DNA from: Octopus sinensis
Lineage: Eukaryota
Assembly: GCF_006345805.1 (NCBI RefSeq)
Contig: NC_043000.1
Location: 3,224,001 to 3,288,000, forward strand
Direction: 5' to 3'
DNA length: 64,000 nucleotides
The translations under genes and the position numbers were made by a program. Positions 23,822-36,951 of this stretch are shown piece by piece. Below the pieces are notes generated by a model, which was not told the origin of the DNA, did no database searches, and saw only the letters and a program-made list of their open reading frames with translations. Numbering within the stretch: position 1 is the stretch's first letter; each line of letters opens with the position of its first letter.

Positions 23822-24230
23822 GGATCTCTAACCGTGGAGGGAATCATGGAAGAGGAAGACCCGGGAAGACATGGGACGAGGTAGTAAAGTATGACCTTTG
23901 GATGTTGAGTCTCACAGAGATAAGTGACTGAGACTTTTGGCAATTTGCTGTGCTTGAGAAGACATGTCTAGCTAAGTGAATTTGTAGTTGTGGTAAGTGC
24001 CGGTGATACTAAAAGGCACCTGTGTTGGTGGCATGTAAAAGGCAGCTATGCTGCTGACATAAAAGGTACCCAATACACTCTGCAGAATGGTTGGTGTTAG
24101 GAAGGGCATCCAGCCATAGAAACCATGCCAAAACAGATTGGAGCCTGGTGCAGCTCTCCGGCTTACCAGTTCCAGTCAAACCATCTAACCCATGCCAGCA
24201 TGGAAAACGGATGCTAAATGAAATGATGAT
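23822..24230 (+). mobile_element. Old RTE-clade LINE 3' fragment with ORF C-terminus, 3'UTR and family-A body
   Basis: RSLTVEG..GRGRPGKTWDEVVKYDL...DFWQFAVLEKT (RTE-type C-terminus) runs directly into the family-A sequence and (GAT) tail. Confidence 0.75.
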
Positions 24231-25388
24231 GAAAATAGAACCATTAGAAGCTAACTTCACCCATTGCAAGTAATTTCATGAAGTGGAGGAGAAGAGCAGA
24301 AAAATATAGATTGCAATTAAAGATAAAGCTGGAAAAATCATCTCACACAATATCTAAACTCTGAGTCGCCCAACAACCATTAAGCATTTTGAGAAATCCT
24401 GGACAGGTCAGCTAATATGGAGCATAGGTCATTGAGAAATTTTCTCCACTGTTCTTAACACTGGGCCAACTTCTGGGCCACACCCTCAGAATGGGAATCA
24501 TCCACTCAAGGAAGATATTCTTCTCCCAGGTCTTGCTGGTTTTGAATTGTCATTGATGCTCCCGACACTTCGCTTTTTTTTATGAGTAGAGGTCAAGGTT
24601 GACCATCATTCTGTACATGTATGTGCAGGGCTATACTTTTTTTTATGAAGATTGATAGTTGCCCACACATACAAGTCTCAAGATACAGCTTGGCATTAGT
24701 TTTGCTGCAAAATGTAAAGAATGTGAAGAGCTGACAGAATGTAAAGTGCTGGATCTTTACACAAAGAATCTTGCTCAACTCTCAACTAGCTCTATCCATC
24801 CACTGTTTTGGATTGGTATTTTTCTAGTGACCCTGAAGGTATGACAGGCAAAGCTGACCCTGATTGAATTTGAACTCAGAGTGCAGAGAGAGCCAGAACA
24901 AATAACACGAGGCACTCTGTCCCACACTCGAATGACTCTGCCAGTTTGCTTCCTTGATATTCCTAACGAAAACAATCTATGCTAGGAATATTACAAGACA
25001 GGCACTGAAATACTTCCATTAGTAAAGCTCTTCAGATGACAGATAGTCTTCAGACAGACAGATAGCTAGATATTGAGGACACTAAAGAGAAAGTTCTTAT
25101 AAGCCAGTTCAAAAAATGGTGTAATGAAAGCAGTGATGATGACAATTATCATCTTTTCTCAAGATCATTAATAAGAGGAGGATTAAATGAACTTATTAGA
25201 AGATCTAAGGGATTTAAGTGGTGGATTAACAACAGCAACTGTCTCTTGTCTCCTACAGTTGATGATAAATTTCTGAAGAAGGATATTGATCAGATTGATC
25301 AGTTGAATAGAGATTAAATAGTTAGCCAACCATTTAGACTATTAAATTGACGGTATGGCTTATAATGAAAAATATCATAACAACTTAC

Positions 25389-25577
25389 CATATTACTGTC
25401 TATTTCTAAAAATAATGGTTTCACTTTGTTGAAGACCTCTTCACTAAATTTTGACTGAGACACTATTTGACATGTAAGACTGTTTGTATAAAACTGAGAA
25501 ACAGTTGAGTTCTCAGGTGCATTTGACGGGCTGATACAACTGTCCATGTGCTGCTTGTCTTTTGTGCAGGGGTCCAA
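25389..25577 (-). CDS. Gene A internal coding exon (189 nt, phase 0-0): LDPCTKDKQHMDSCISPSNAPENSTVSQFYTNSLTCQIVSQSKFSEEVFNKVKPLFLEIDSNM; product unidentified
   Basis: Acceptor aaaatttcatttcag|TTG and donor ATG|gtaagt on the minus strand. Open frame is a whole number of codons, non-repetitive, and phase-compatible with the next exon. Confidence 0.7.
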
Positions 25578-26289
25578 CTGAAATGAAATTTTAGAAAAAG
25601 GCTCTGCTGAGACCAAATGTTGTTGTTGTAATCAATGTCATCACTGCCCTCACCATTATTGCTGTCATCGTAGCCATCATTTCCTCAGCATTACTGTCAT
25701 CATCATAATCATCATCACCACCATCATCTTTGTCATCGTCCCCCCCCCCCGCCACCACCTCAGATTTTGGGGAGAAGGAAAAATTCCCTTGCAGGTACTC
25801 CAATACTTATATTCATAGTGTGATTGGTCAATATGCCAGATGTGACATTAGGCTTAGACACTAGTACCTATAAACTCTTTTTGAACTCTGAACAAGAGGC
25901 TGGCATATATTGATTACAAATTTTGGTACAGGGCTAGGGATTTTTTAGAGAAAAGGAAGTTGATTACATCACCCTCAGTGTCCAACAGGTACTTATTTTA
26001 TCAACCCCCAAAAGTATAAAAGGCAATGTCAACCATGGCGGAATTTGAACTCAGAACATAAAGATAAATGAAATACTGCTAAGCATTTTGCCCAGCTTGC
26101 CAATGATTCTGCCAGCTCACCACCTTAAGGGTGGCATATATTAATACAAGTTCTGTCATCCAGCCATAGTTTTCAGGAACTTGGTCAAAGGGGTTAGCAA
26201 AAGAACATTCCACCTATCTTCGAGGAGATTTTTGATATGGTAGTCCTGCACTACAATAAGGCCCAGGCCTCCTGTGGTTTTATGGATTA

Positions 26290-26940
26290 GATTAAGTATA
26301 TGCCTGATCCTAACTCCACCAAGAAAAAATATGCCACAATAAAGTCGTTGTTCACATCCTCATTTGACCTGAACATAAAAACTTATGTAGGTAAGATCTT
26401 CATTAGTTTAGTTGATAAGCACTACCCCCAAACACATAAATACTGGAAAATATGTAACAAACAAACCTTGAGGGTCACTTTTAGCTGCACTTGTAGCATC
26501 AAAAAAATATAACTAAGTAGGTCCCAGTTTGAAACAAAGGCAAGCTACTCAGACAGAAGTAATGCCACATGTCCATGTAACAACTATTACGATACAGAAA
26601 CCATTGTGTATGAGGCAAAGGTGGTCTCAGAGGATCCAAATGGTGCAACAGACATCCAAAAATATCTATGTGCAACCGAAGGTCCCTCCAGGACCAAATT
26701 CAACAATCACAAGTCCTTGATTAACACTTAGGGGAAATGAAATGTCACATCCCTAGCATGGGTATTGAAGGAAAACATCAAATGGAGGAGAGTGGAAAAG
26801 TGTAAACTTTCCTTTAATAGTAGTAAGAAGTACAGGCTCTGCTTTGCTGAGAAAAAAATTCATATTAAAACTTTCTCCAGCTGGGCACCTATTTTAATTA
26901 TAAGAGTGAGATATTCTAATCCTACTCTCATGAAGACAGA
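26290..26940 (+). pseudogene. Degenerate Penelope-like element (RT C-terminus and GIY-YIG endonuclease)
   Basis: FDLNIKTYVGKIFISLVDKHYP..HKYWKI.NKQTLRVTFSC, then IVYEAKV...KYL.ATEG..RTKFNNHKS, then YRLCFAEK. Confidence 0.72.
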
Positions 26941-27058
26941 TTTGTGCTAGCATACTGGTTAATCACACCATGAATATAAGCAGTGAGTAACCCATAAAGG
27001 TTTATTTTTCCTCACCAAAATCTGAAGAAATAATATATACCTTGCTACACCCAACTGT

Positions 27059-27094
<36 letters not shown>

Positions 27095-28579
27095 CACATA
27101 TATACATATACATGACCACACATATCAAAATTAACTTCCCTTACCATCTCCCACCCCTATGCTCTACGTCTGTAACCTCTGCCACCTTCACCCCAGTTTA
27201 TAGCTTTATGCATGCCATGTTGTGTGAATGGTATTGCAAAGTTTGCAATAACTGTTTCCAGTTTTCTTAATACTAAGAATTCTGGAATTCCTCCAGATAT
27301 ACATGGGAGATTTAACTCTTTCAGAGATACCTCGATAAAAATGTAACAACCGAATGAGAGGGGTTTATGGTTATTGACCACACCAATATGAAAAGATCAG
27401 GCTAACATTTTATGGCTAATGGTCAATCAGGTGTAAAAGATAGAACAGTACATATATTTCATGTTAACTGAGAGCAATAAATAACTGATATTTTACACTA
27501 TATGACACAACAAATAAGAGAAGTCGTGTAAGTGCAACAATACCAGGCTGCATTCAATGTAATAAATTAGTTGTAATATTGAGATAATCCAGTCAGTCCT
27601 GTTAGAGCAATATCATAGACGGAGTTTGGCATGGAGAAGATAAACGATATTGGCCTCACTTTGAGATGAATGAAGGAAAGAAAACTACAAAGGACAAGTG
27701 TTGAATGTTGACCATTTTGTAGATTTATCCGACATATGCTGTGCTAAGATTGAAAGCTGTAATGATGATGATGATGTCGATGATGGTGATGGTGGTGGTG
27801 GTGGTGATGGTTTTGGTGGTGGCGATGGCAACAGCGATGTCAAATTAGAATGCAAGTAATTTCAACGGAATGACATGTATGATATTATGACATTCTGTTG
27901 AATAAAACATTATTGTTTTAGTGGTTAATGAGGAAAATATTCATAGATTCATAGGAGATGAAGATGTGATTACTACAGCTAGAGACTTTTGTGTTCATCG
28001 GAAGAAAACAATCAGACTTCAATGACAGTAGACATGCTGCTTACAAAAAAAAACCCACCAAAACAAAACTGAATGAGAATCAAAGAGCCTTGAGTAATCT
28101 ACAGTTTACAGATGCAAATAATATGATAATATGGAATACAGTTTTTAAAAAAAAAGTAACAAACAAAAAACACAAATACTATGAATCCATTGAGAAACAT
28201 TAACTTATGTAAATGTAAAAATGAAAGTCAGTTCAATCCTGCATTGGGGTGAAAACTGCGGAGTAAAAAGATTTTAAATGTTTTAAGATGTAAATCTATA
28301 ATTTAACAATGGTGGTAGGCAGAGAGGAAATTGTTGCTATTTTTTTTTTTTTTGCCCTAGATCAATTCTGATCAATTATGCTTATCATCAAAGGTGTTCC
28401 AGCCATTGCCATCCCATCTGGTTTTTTCTTTTTGTCTTTGTTCTCCAGACAAACTGTATCCAGGACAGCAGTACTTGATATGCCCTTTCCAATTTTTTTT
28501 TTTTTTCAAAGATAGGTAGGATATGATCTGAAGGATATTTAGCTGCTATTTCTAGCAGGTCTAGGGTCTATCTATTACC

Positions 28580-28784
28580 TTTTACTTGTTTCAGTCATCT
28601 GGCCATGCCGGGACACCACATTGAAGTGTTTAGTCAAACAAATCAACCCCAATACTTATTTTTTTCTAAGCCTGGTACTTATTCTATCAATCTCTTCTGG
28701 CTGAACCACTAAGTTGCAGGGATGTAAACAAATCAACAACAGGTGTCAAGTGGTAGTGAAGGAGAAATGAACACACAAAGGCAT

Positions 28785-28821
<37 letters not shown>

Positions 28822-29480
28822 CTGTGACTTCGAAGACCCGACAAATGAAGTGAGTTCATGGCTCGCAGGATGGCCTGCTGTGCTAACCTTGGATCATAGA
28901 GTGACCCAGTTCTTGAGGAGATCTGTTGAGTCAAGTTCATCAACATCAAAAAATTTGAATGGAAATTGTAGTTAAGACACCTGTGCCGGTGACACATAAA
29001 AGCACCGTTCGAGAGTGGCTCTTACTAGCGTCGCCTGACTGGCGTCCGTGTCGGTGACACGTAAAAGCACCAACCGATCGTGGCTGTTTGCCAGCCTGCT
29101 CTGGCTCCTATGCCAGTGGCACGTAAAAAAACAGCCACTACACTCATGGAGTGATTGGCGTTAGGAAGGGCATCCAGCTGTAGAAACACTGCCAAATTAG
29201 ACTGGAGCCTAGTGCAGCCTTCATGGCTTACCAGACCCCGGTCGAACCGTCCAACCCATGCTAGCATGGAAAACGGACGTTAAATGATGATGATGATGAT
29301 TTATAAATAGTGTGTGTGTGTGTATGATGGGTTTCTTTCAGTTTCTATCCACCAAGTTCACTCACAAGACTTTGGTTATTCTGGGGCTATAGCAGAAGGC
29401 AATGTCCAAGGTGCCACACTTGGACTGAACCTAAAACCATGTGGTTGGAAAGCAAGCTTTTTACCACACAACCATGCCTG
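28580..29480. mobile_element. Old SINE-B (minus; halves 28580-28790 and 29310-29480) with an RTE family-A 3' end (28870-29300, plus) between them
   Basis: Family motifs in each part. Confidence 0.7.
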
Positions 29481-29959
29481 CACCTACATATGCAGCCAGG
29501 TTCTCTCATTTGCTTGTTATTAGTGGTGGTGGTGGCATCAGTAGCAGTGGTAGTAGTACTGGAGGTGGTATTAGTATTTTCTATGTTGTTGTTTAGTCTC
29601 AACCAGTAGAAAGATCATAAAAGCCTAGCTGTGATCATTTAATTGTTTGTTTTTCAGACATTAGTGTGTCTGACTAAATTATCTAGTTAATATATTCTGT
29701 TTTTAAGACAATACAATGTAATTTGAGGGAAATTTGGCTGTTATTTCTAGCAGATTCAGTAACCACATAGAAGATATCTTGTTGAGAATATTATACATAA
29801 CATGTAGCAAATAAATGTCAGATGATCTTTCTTAATTAGACTCAGTGATCTGGTGACAAAGTATATGGTAAGTAATGTGGAGTACAATCACCATCATCAT
29901 CATCATCACCATCACCCTCCTCCTCCTCCTCCTCATCATCATCATCAGTGTCATCATTG

Positions 29960-30290
29960 TTGTCATCATCTAATGTCTGCTTTCCATGCTGGCATGGGTT
30001 GGATGGTTTGACAGGAGCTGGTCAGGTGGAGAGCTGCCCAAGCTGCAATTGTCTATTTTGGCATGGTTTCTACAGTTGGATGCCCTCCTTCCTAACGCCA
30101 ATGACTAAACAGAGTGTACTGGGTGCTTTATATGTGACACTGGCACAGGTCCTTTATATGTGACACTGGCACAGATCCTTTATATGTGGCACTTGCATGG
30201 GTGCTTTTCATGTGACGCCGGCTCAGGTGCTTTTTACGTGACACTGAAACTGGTGCTTTTTACATGGCACTAGCACACCCATGAACCTGT
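29960..30290 (-). mobile_element. Old RTE family-A-related 3' end with a 24-25 bp tandem unit
   Basis: ccatgctggcatggg, ggatgccctccttcctaacgcc and tandem gtgctttatatgtgacactggcacag. Confidence 0.65.
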
Positions 30291-30377
30291 AAAACAAGGA
30301 TCTCTTGGTTGGCAAAAAGACATGCCTGTATGTATGGACAGCCAAGCTCACCTCAAACTTATAGAAGACAGCAACTA

Positions 30378-30864
30378 TCATCATCATCATCATCATTGTT
30401 AAACATCCGCTTTCCATGCTGATATGGGTTGGACGGTTTGACTGAGGTTTGGCAAGCCAGTGGGCTGCACCAAGCACCAATCTGATCTGGCAATGTTTCT
30501 ACACCTGGATGCTCTTCCTAACGCCAACCACTCTGAGAGTGCAGCGGGTGCTTTTTATGCACCACTGGCACAGGAGCCAGTCAGGGGTGAACTGGCATTG
30601 ACCATGTTTGGATGGTGCTTTTTACATGCCACCAGCAAGGGAGTCAGACAGGAGGTACTGGCATCAATCACCTTCGGATAGTGTTTTTATGTGCCACCAG
30701 CATGGGAGTCAGTTGGGGGCACTGGCATCAGCCACATTCGGATGGTGTTTTTTTACATGCCACCAGCACAGGAGCCAGTCATGGGGCACTGGTATCGACC
30801 ACGTTCAGATGTTGCTTTTTATGAGCCACTGGCATGAAAGCCAGTCTGGGGCACTGGCATCATT
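30378..30864 (-). mobile_element. RTE family-A 3' end with ~5 units
   Basis: Family motifs. Confidence 0.8.
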
Positions 30865-30877
30865 AGAAAGTACAAAA

Positions 30878-31292
30878 GGCGGCGAGCTGGCAGAATCATT
30901 AGTACGTGGGGTGAAATGCTTAGCGGCATTTTATCTGCCATTATGTTCTGAGTTCAAATTCCGCTGCGGTCGACTTTGCCTTTCATCCTCCAAGAGTCAA
31001 TGAATAAAGTACCAGTTATGCACTGGGGTCGATGTAATCGACTTAATCCCTTTGTCTGTCCTTGCTTGTTCTCTCTGTGTTTAGCCCCTTGTGGGTAGTA
31101 AAGAAATAGGTATTTCGTTTGCCGTTACGTTCTGAGCCCAAATTCCGCCGAGGTTGACTTTACCTTTCATCCTTTTGGGGTCGATAAATAAAGTACCAGC
31201 TACGCACTGGGGTCGATGTAATCGACTTAATCCCTTTGTCTGTCCCTGTTTGTCCCCGCTATGTTTAGCCCCTTGTGGGCAATAAAGAAATA
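30878..31292 (+). mobile_element. SINE-E with tandemly duplicated 3' part (dimer)
   Basis: 13-bp TSD agaaagtacaaaa at 30865-30877 and 31293-31305. Confidence 0.85.
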
Positions 31293-32439
31293 AGAAAGTA
31301 CAAAATATGTTAAGGCTGTGCACCAGAGCTCTATATTGAGAATATTGTTGGAGAGCAAGACAGAGAGAGAAAGCTAAATATTTCATCTAAATCGATTTAT
31401 CATATTTTAGGAATTGCTGGATACTTCGAATTAAAAGTTTCTTTTAATGTGATATAGATGGGAAAGATGCAATGTTATGGAATGAATAATAAGAAACTCT
31501 TGAAATATAAGTAAACAACAATTATTGGTGAAGTCGTACTGAAGTCCATATAGGACTATTTCTATTGGAAGTTTATGTCTTTTATAACTTTGTATTATCT
31601 CCATTTTATCAATAAGGTTTGTTATCTTATTCACAAATATTATATTGATTTATCCACCTCATTAGCTGTTCATTTCTTTAAAATTTGATGGCCTACCAAC
31701 CAACCAACCAAATATACATATAGCTGTATGTGTGTGTGTGTGCCCACGCACGGACGCACGCAAGCACACACACACACAGCTATATGTATATAACAGAAAC
31801 ATAAGCTTCTTATTTCTTTATTGCTCACAAGGGGGCTAAAACAGAAACATAAGCTTCTGCTAATGACATTACATTGATTTCGGCATAATTTATAAACATC
31901 TACGTTTGAATCGTTAATTCAGATGATTTCGCAAAATGTTTTATTCTGCCTCTTTAGTTAAAAAGTTAAAAACAGTTCAGAGGATAAATGAAGATAAAAC
32001 TTATGAAAAGAAATAAGAAATATAAAAAAAGCCAAAACAAAACTGGAAATAAAAACCAAATTCTTACTTTATAGAAGTAGATAGATTAGCTAAATCTTAA
32101 CTAAGAATTGCCCTGTATCTTTACTGTAAGACACCTATTTCTGTCCCTGCATTCATACTTCGACTTTTCATCACCTGACAGAAAGCCACCTTCCTCAATA
32201 CTAATTCTCTTGGTCATGTCTTGCAAGTTACTTGGAGGCTTCCCTGTTGCTGGTGCCACATAAAAAAAAAAGAAGCACCCAGTACTCTGTAAAGTGGTTG
32301 GTGTTAAGTAGTGCATCCAACCTTGGAAAATTATACCAAAGCAGACTGTAGGTCTTGGAGCAGTCGTTAGATTTGCCAGGTCAAACCATTCTGCTGTCAA
32401 ACCATTCAACCCCATGCCAGAATGGCAGAAGGATGTTAG

Positions 32440-32533
32440 ATGAAGAAGGAAGTAGTAGAGAAGAAGAAGAAGAAGAAGAAGAAGAAGAAGAAGAAGAAGA
32501 AGAAGAAGAAGAAGAAGAAGAGAAGAAGAAGAA

Positions 32534-32565
<32 letters not shown>

Positions 32566-32870
32566 ATAAGGAGAAGAAGAAGAAGGATAAGGAGGAAGAG
32601 GAGGAGGGGAGGAGGAGGAGGAGGAGAAGAAGAGGAAGGAGGAGGAGGAGGAAGGAAGAGGAAGAAGAGGGAGGAGGAAGAGGAAGGAGGAGGAAGGAGA
32701 GGGAGGAGAAGGAGGGAGAAGAAGAAAGTGTTGGTGATGATGATGACAATGACAACGACGGTGGTGATGATGATGATGACAACGATGGTGGTGATGGCGG
32801 TGGTGATGATGATGATGATGATGATGACAATGATGGTGGCAGTGGTGATGATGATGATGATGATGATATT
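32440..32870. repeat. Compound (GAA)n/(GGA)n/(GAT)n low-complexity tract grown from the tail of an old RTE 3' end (32205-32440)
   Basis: Direct reading. Confidence 0.92.
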
Positions 32871-32989
32871 TATTGATAGATTAGCTTATTATGCAATGTT
32901 GACTCTTTCTAATTTTGCTGTTTCCCTGTATTTCCACAATAGTAAATAGCATTATAATTACACTGCAATAATTGCCAATCATATGATCG

Positions 32990-33330
32990 CACCAACGTGG
33001 GAGGGTGTAATTTTCCTCACCAGACTTGTTTAAATATGATGAGTTATCTTCAACCCATAACAATGTACTCATGTTCCGATTACAAATCTATATTTCCTCT
33101 CCGAACAACTGCTGACATTTCACATATATGTTACAATTATATTTTATACAAAGTCTATACTGATCATATTATATATTTTTGGCAATATATCCACAATGCA
33201 CATTCTGAATTACATCCAAAAAGATTCAACCACCCAATGGGCCGGTCTTTATTATCAATACTCTAAAAACCTTTGACCCATTATCAAGCCGTGTTCTCCT
33301 TCAATTTCTTTTATTATTAATACTACAACA
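32990..33330 (+). pseudogene. Highly degenerate Penelope-like GIY-YIG remnant
   Basis: YILYKVYT...QYIH......KRFNH and SLLSIL/TFDPLSSR resemble the I.YKC.V..YIG..KR..NH and WS.L..FD..S..C pattern. Confidence 0.45.
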
Positions 33331-33599
33331 CACACACACTCCCTTCCACCCTCCTCTCTCTCCACTTAATTTTTCATATAAATTCACTTATTACATTTGC
33401 CTTCCTTGGCTTACTTTCTCTCATCACTATCATTGTGGCCCCACTATCCAGATCTCTATCATTTTCCAACCCCATTTCTAATTACCCAGGTTTGACAACA
33501 GTATCCCTAAATCATAAAGGGTCTGACAATTTTGTGGGTACTGTAATCAATTAACCCTCTCACCCCAAAATTTCTGGCTTTGTGCCTATAGTAGAAAGG

Positions 33600-33631
<32 letters not shown>

Positions 33632-33634
<3 letters not shown>

Positions 33635-33815
33635 GTAAAAAGCACCCACTACACTCACGGAGTGGTTGGCGTTAGGAAGGGCATCCAGCCGTAGAAACAC
33701 TGCCAGATTTGACTGGGCCTGATGAAGCCTTCTGGCTTCACAGACCCCAGTAGAACCGTCCAACCCATGCTAGCATGGAAAACGGATGCTAAACGATGAT
33801 GATGATGATGATGAT
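33632..33815 (+). mobile_element. RTE family-A 3' end inserted after (ATT)n
   Basis: Family motifs and (GAT)n tail. Confidence 0.8.
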
Positions 33816-34180
33816 GTCTCTCCTTCACAGGCTAATTAATTCTTTCCAATTTTGGCACAAGGCCAGCAATTTTAGGGAGATAGTTTATTACATCATCTCA
33901 ATGTTTAACTGGTACTTATTTTACTGACACTGAAGAGATGAAAAGCAAAGTCTGCTTCAGAAGGCAAAGAGCTGAAAGAAATCTCTCTAAGCATTTTGTC
34001 TGGCATGGGGAAGGACTCCGTGAGCTTCACAGATTAATTAATAAAACCAACCCCTCACTGATATAATGCATTCTCTTTTAAGATGTTACAATATGTTTTA
34101 AGGAAGATTTGGCTACTATTACTAGCAGGTTAAGTGACTACATAGAGTCACCTCCATTATGTTGTTTTCACAGGTAGATA

Positions 34181-34409
34181 TACTCTTTACTCTTTACTCT
34201 TTTACTTGTTTCAGTCATTTGACTGCGGCCATGCTGGAGCACCGCCTTTAGTCGAGCAACTCAACTTCAGGACTTATTCTTTGTAAGCCCAGTACTTATT
34301 CTATCGGTCTCTTTTGCCGAACCGCTAAGTGACGGGGACGTAAACACACCAGCATTGGTTGTCAAGCGATGTTGGGGGGACAAACACAGACACACAAACA
34401 CATACACGC

Positions 34410-34458
<49 letters not shown>

Positions 34459-34620
34459 GACAGGCTTCTTTCAGTTTCCGTCTACCAAATCCACTCACAA
34501 GGCATTGGTCGGCCCGGGGCTATAGCAGAATACACTTGCCCAAGATGCCACACAGTGGGACTGAACCCGGAATCATGTGGTTGGTTAGCTAGCTACTTAC
34601 CACACAGCCACGCCTGCGCC
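34181..34620 (-). mobile_element. Full-length SINE family B
   Basis: Complete head, (TA)n and tail. Confidence 0.88.
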
Positions 34621-35321
34621 TATACTAGGAAGAAGAAATAAACTATTTTCTTACATGAAGGGCTGATTATGTGTCACATATTTAAGAAGTCTAGCACAGC
34701 AAGACAGGGAAATATTTGCAGTAGAATTTATAACAATTAGAGAGGAATGTGTAGGCAGCAGTCTTCAATAAAATAAAAATCATGAGATTGTCGCAGTGTG
34801 TCTCGTGTCTTCCATTGTTAATATGTTACAATAGCTTCATGTCGTAGGTGAATAACCAACTTGCTGAACGTTGTAATATTCCTTTATCCAATATATAATA
34901 ATTTGTAACTTTCGTGTCTACAAATGAATTTATGTATATTACATTGGTCATTTGGAGTTTATCCATGGCTTTACTTGCTTGTGCTTTGTTATGAGGAAAT
35001 GCTTAATATTCTGTATTTTGTAATATATTTGTTATAGTAGTTTATAGATAGGTTTAATACCCTTACTGTTCTGTTTTACAAGGTTTTGAGAACAAATTGC
35101 TTCCATTCTCTCCTACAATCTGCAACATTTAAAGCGCATATGTGACAAGGAACTACTACAGCAGATTACATTATACTTACAAATAAATGATAATCTAGAC
35201 AAAAAAGCATTAGTCAAAACTGTAACTAATCTCTATGTGATATTTTGCAAAGTTACAAATAGGTAAGGACTAAAAACTGTATAATGGTAGGGTCATTGTA
35301 TCTATCAGAAATATACATACA

Positions 35322-35713
35322 CTCTTACTCTTTACTCTTTTACTTGTTTCAGTCATTTGACTGCGGCCATGCTGGAGCACTGCCTTTAGTCAAGCAAATC
35401 GATCCCGGGACTTATTCTTTGTAAGCCCAGTACCTATTCTATCGGTCTCTTTTGCCGAACTGCTAAGTTACGGGGACGTAGACACACCAGCATCGGTTGT
35501 GAAGCAATGCTAGGGGGACAAACACACACACACATACATATACATATATACGACAGGCTTCTTTCAGTTTCCGTCTACCAAATCCACTCACAAGGCATTG
35601 GTCGGCTCGGGGCTATAGCAGAAAACACTTGCCCAAGATGCCACGCAGTGGGACTGAACCCAGAACCATGTGGTTGGTTAGCAAGCTACTTACCACACAG
35701 CCACTCCTGCGCC
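35322..35713 (-). mobile_element. Full-length SINE family B
   Basis: Complete head and tail. Confidence 0.88.
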
Positions 35714-35890
35714 TATATATACTGTTATATTGACTTACATTTTATCGTCAAATACTTCGTAATTAAATATATTATTAACATATCTGAGTTCCTTGCTGGA
35801 CATTTATGACTTGACCATTGACACTCAACATCACTCAGATTCATTATATCTCAGCACTAGTCTGCTTTCCGGGACTGGTACTTATTTAAT

Positions 35891-36210
35891 GGTGGAGTCA
35901 CATGGCCTAGTGGTTAGAGCAGCAGACTCACGGTCGAGGGATCACGGGTTCGAATCTCAGACCGGGCAATGTGTGTGTTTATGAGCGAAACACCTAAGCT
36001 CCACGCGGCTCCGGTAGAAGGTAATGGCGAACTTCTGCTGACTCTCTCACCACAAATTTCTCTCACTATTTCCTCCTGCATCTTGCAGCCCACCTGTGAC
36101 GGACCGGTGTCCTATCAAGGTGGGGAACCTATACGCCAAGGAAACCGGGAAACCGGCCCTTATGAACCAGGCATGGCTCGAGAAGGAACAAACAACAACA
36201 ACAAACAACT
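35891..36210 (+). mobile_element. SINE family C-related head with alternative tail 3 ending in (CAA)n
   Basis: A box tggcctagtggttag, B box gggttcgaatctc, shared gagcgaaacacctaagctccacg block, and tail ggaaaccggcccttatgaaccaggcatggctcgagaaggaac. Confidence 0.8.
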
Positions 36211-36407
36211 TTTTATCTTGGAGGGATTTAAACCCAAAGTACAGAGATCCAGAACAAATACTGCAAGGTATTCTATGCAACATTATAACAATGCTGCTAA
36301 TTCCCTGTCTCAGTTTTCTTCTTGTAATTCAGAGATACCAATCAACTGTGCCAGTCAGACATACTTCATCAGTGAGGAACTTCTAATGGTAGTAATAATG
36401 GCGTGGA

Positions 36408-36627
36408 CTCTTTTACTTGTTTCAGTCATTTGACTGTGGCCATGCTGGAGCACTGCCCTTAGTCAAGCAAATCGACCCCAGGACTTATTCTTTGTAAGCC
36501 TAGTACTTATTCTATTGGTCTTTTTGCCGAACCGCTAAGTTACGGGAACGTAAACACATCACCATCAGTTGTCAAGCGATGTTGGGGTGGAGGGGTTACA
36601 AACACAGACACACAAACATATACACAC

Positions 36628-36675
<48 letters not shown>

Positions 36676-36951
36676 TAATAATAAATATTAGGGAATAAAT
36701 CCAAATTTACAGGGAAAATCAGATTTAGGATTGAATCCAATTTTATAGTAAAATATTATATAATATTAATTAAAGACAAAACCACTATTTTGCAAATCAA
36801 ACAAAGAAAGACTTAATCCAATACATAAAAAAATTTTAATATAAATTAAATAAAATTATATAAAATTTTATTTAATTTATATTAAAATTTTTTTATGTAT
36901 TGGATTAAGTCTTTCTTTGTTTGATTTGCAAAATAGTGGTTTTGTCTCTAA

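Noticed and set aside
31431-31634. 67-aa minus-strand ORF in unique DNA as a gene A exon
   Set aside because: No convincing acceptor/donor pair and no recognisable motif.
32355-32949. Poly-E/K/R/D/S ORFs of 149-173 aa
   Set aside because: These are translations of (GAA)n/(GGA)n/(GAT)n microsatellites with no splice support.
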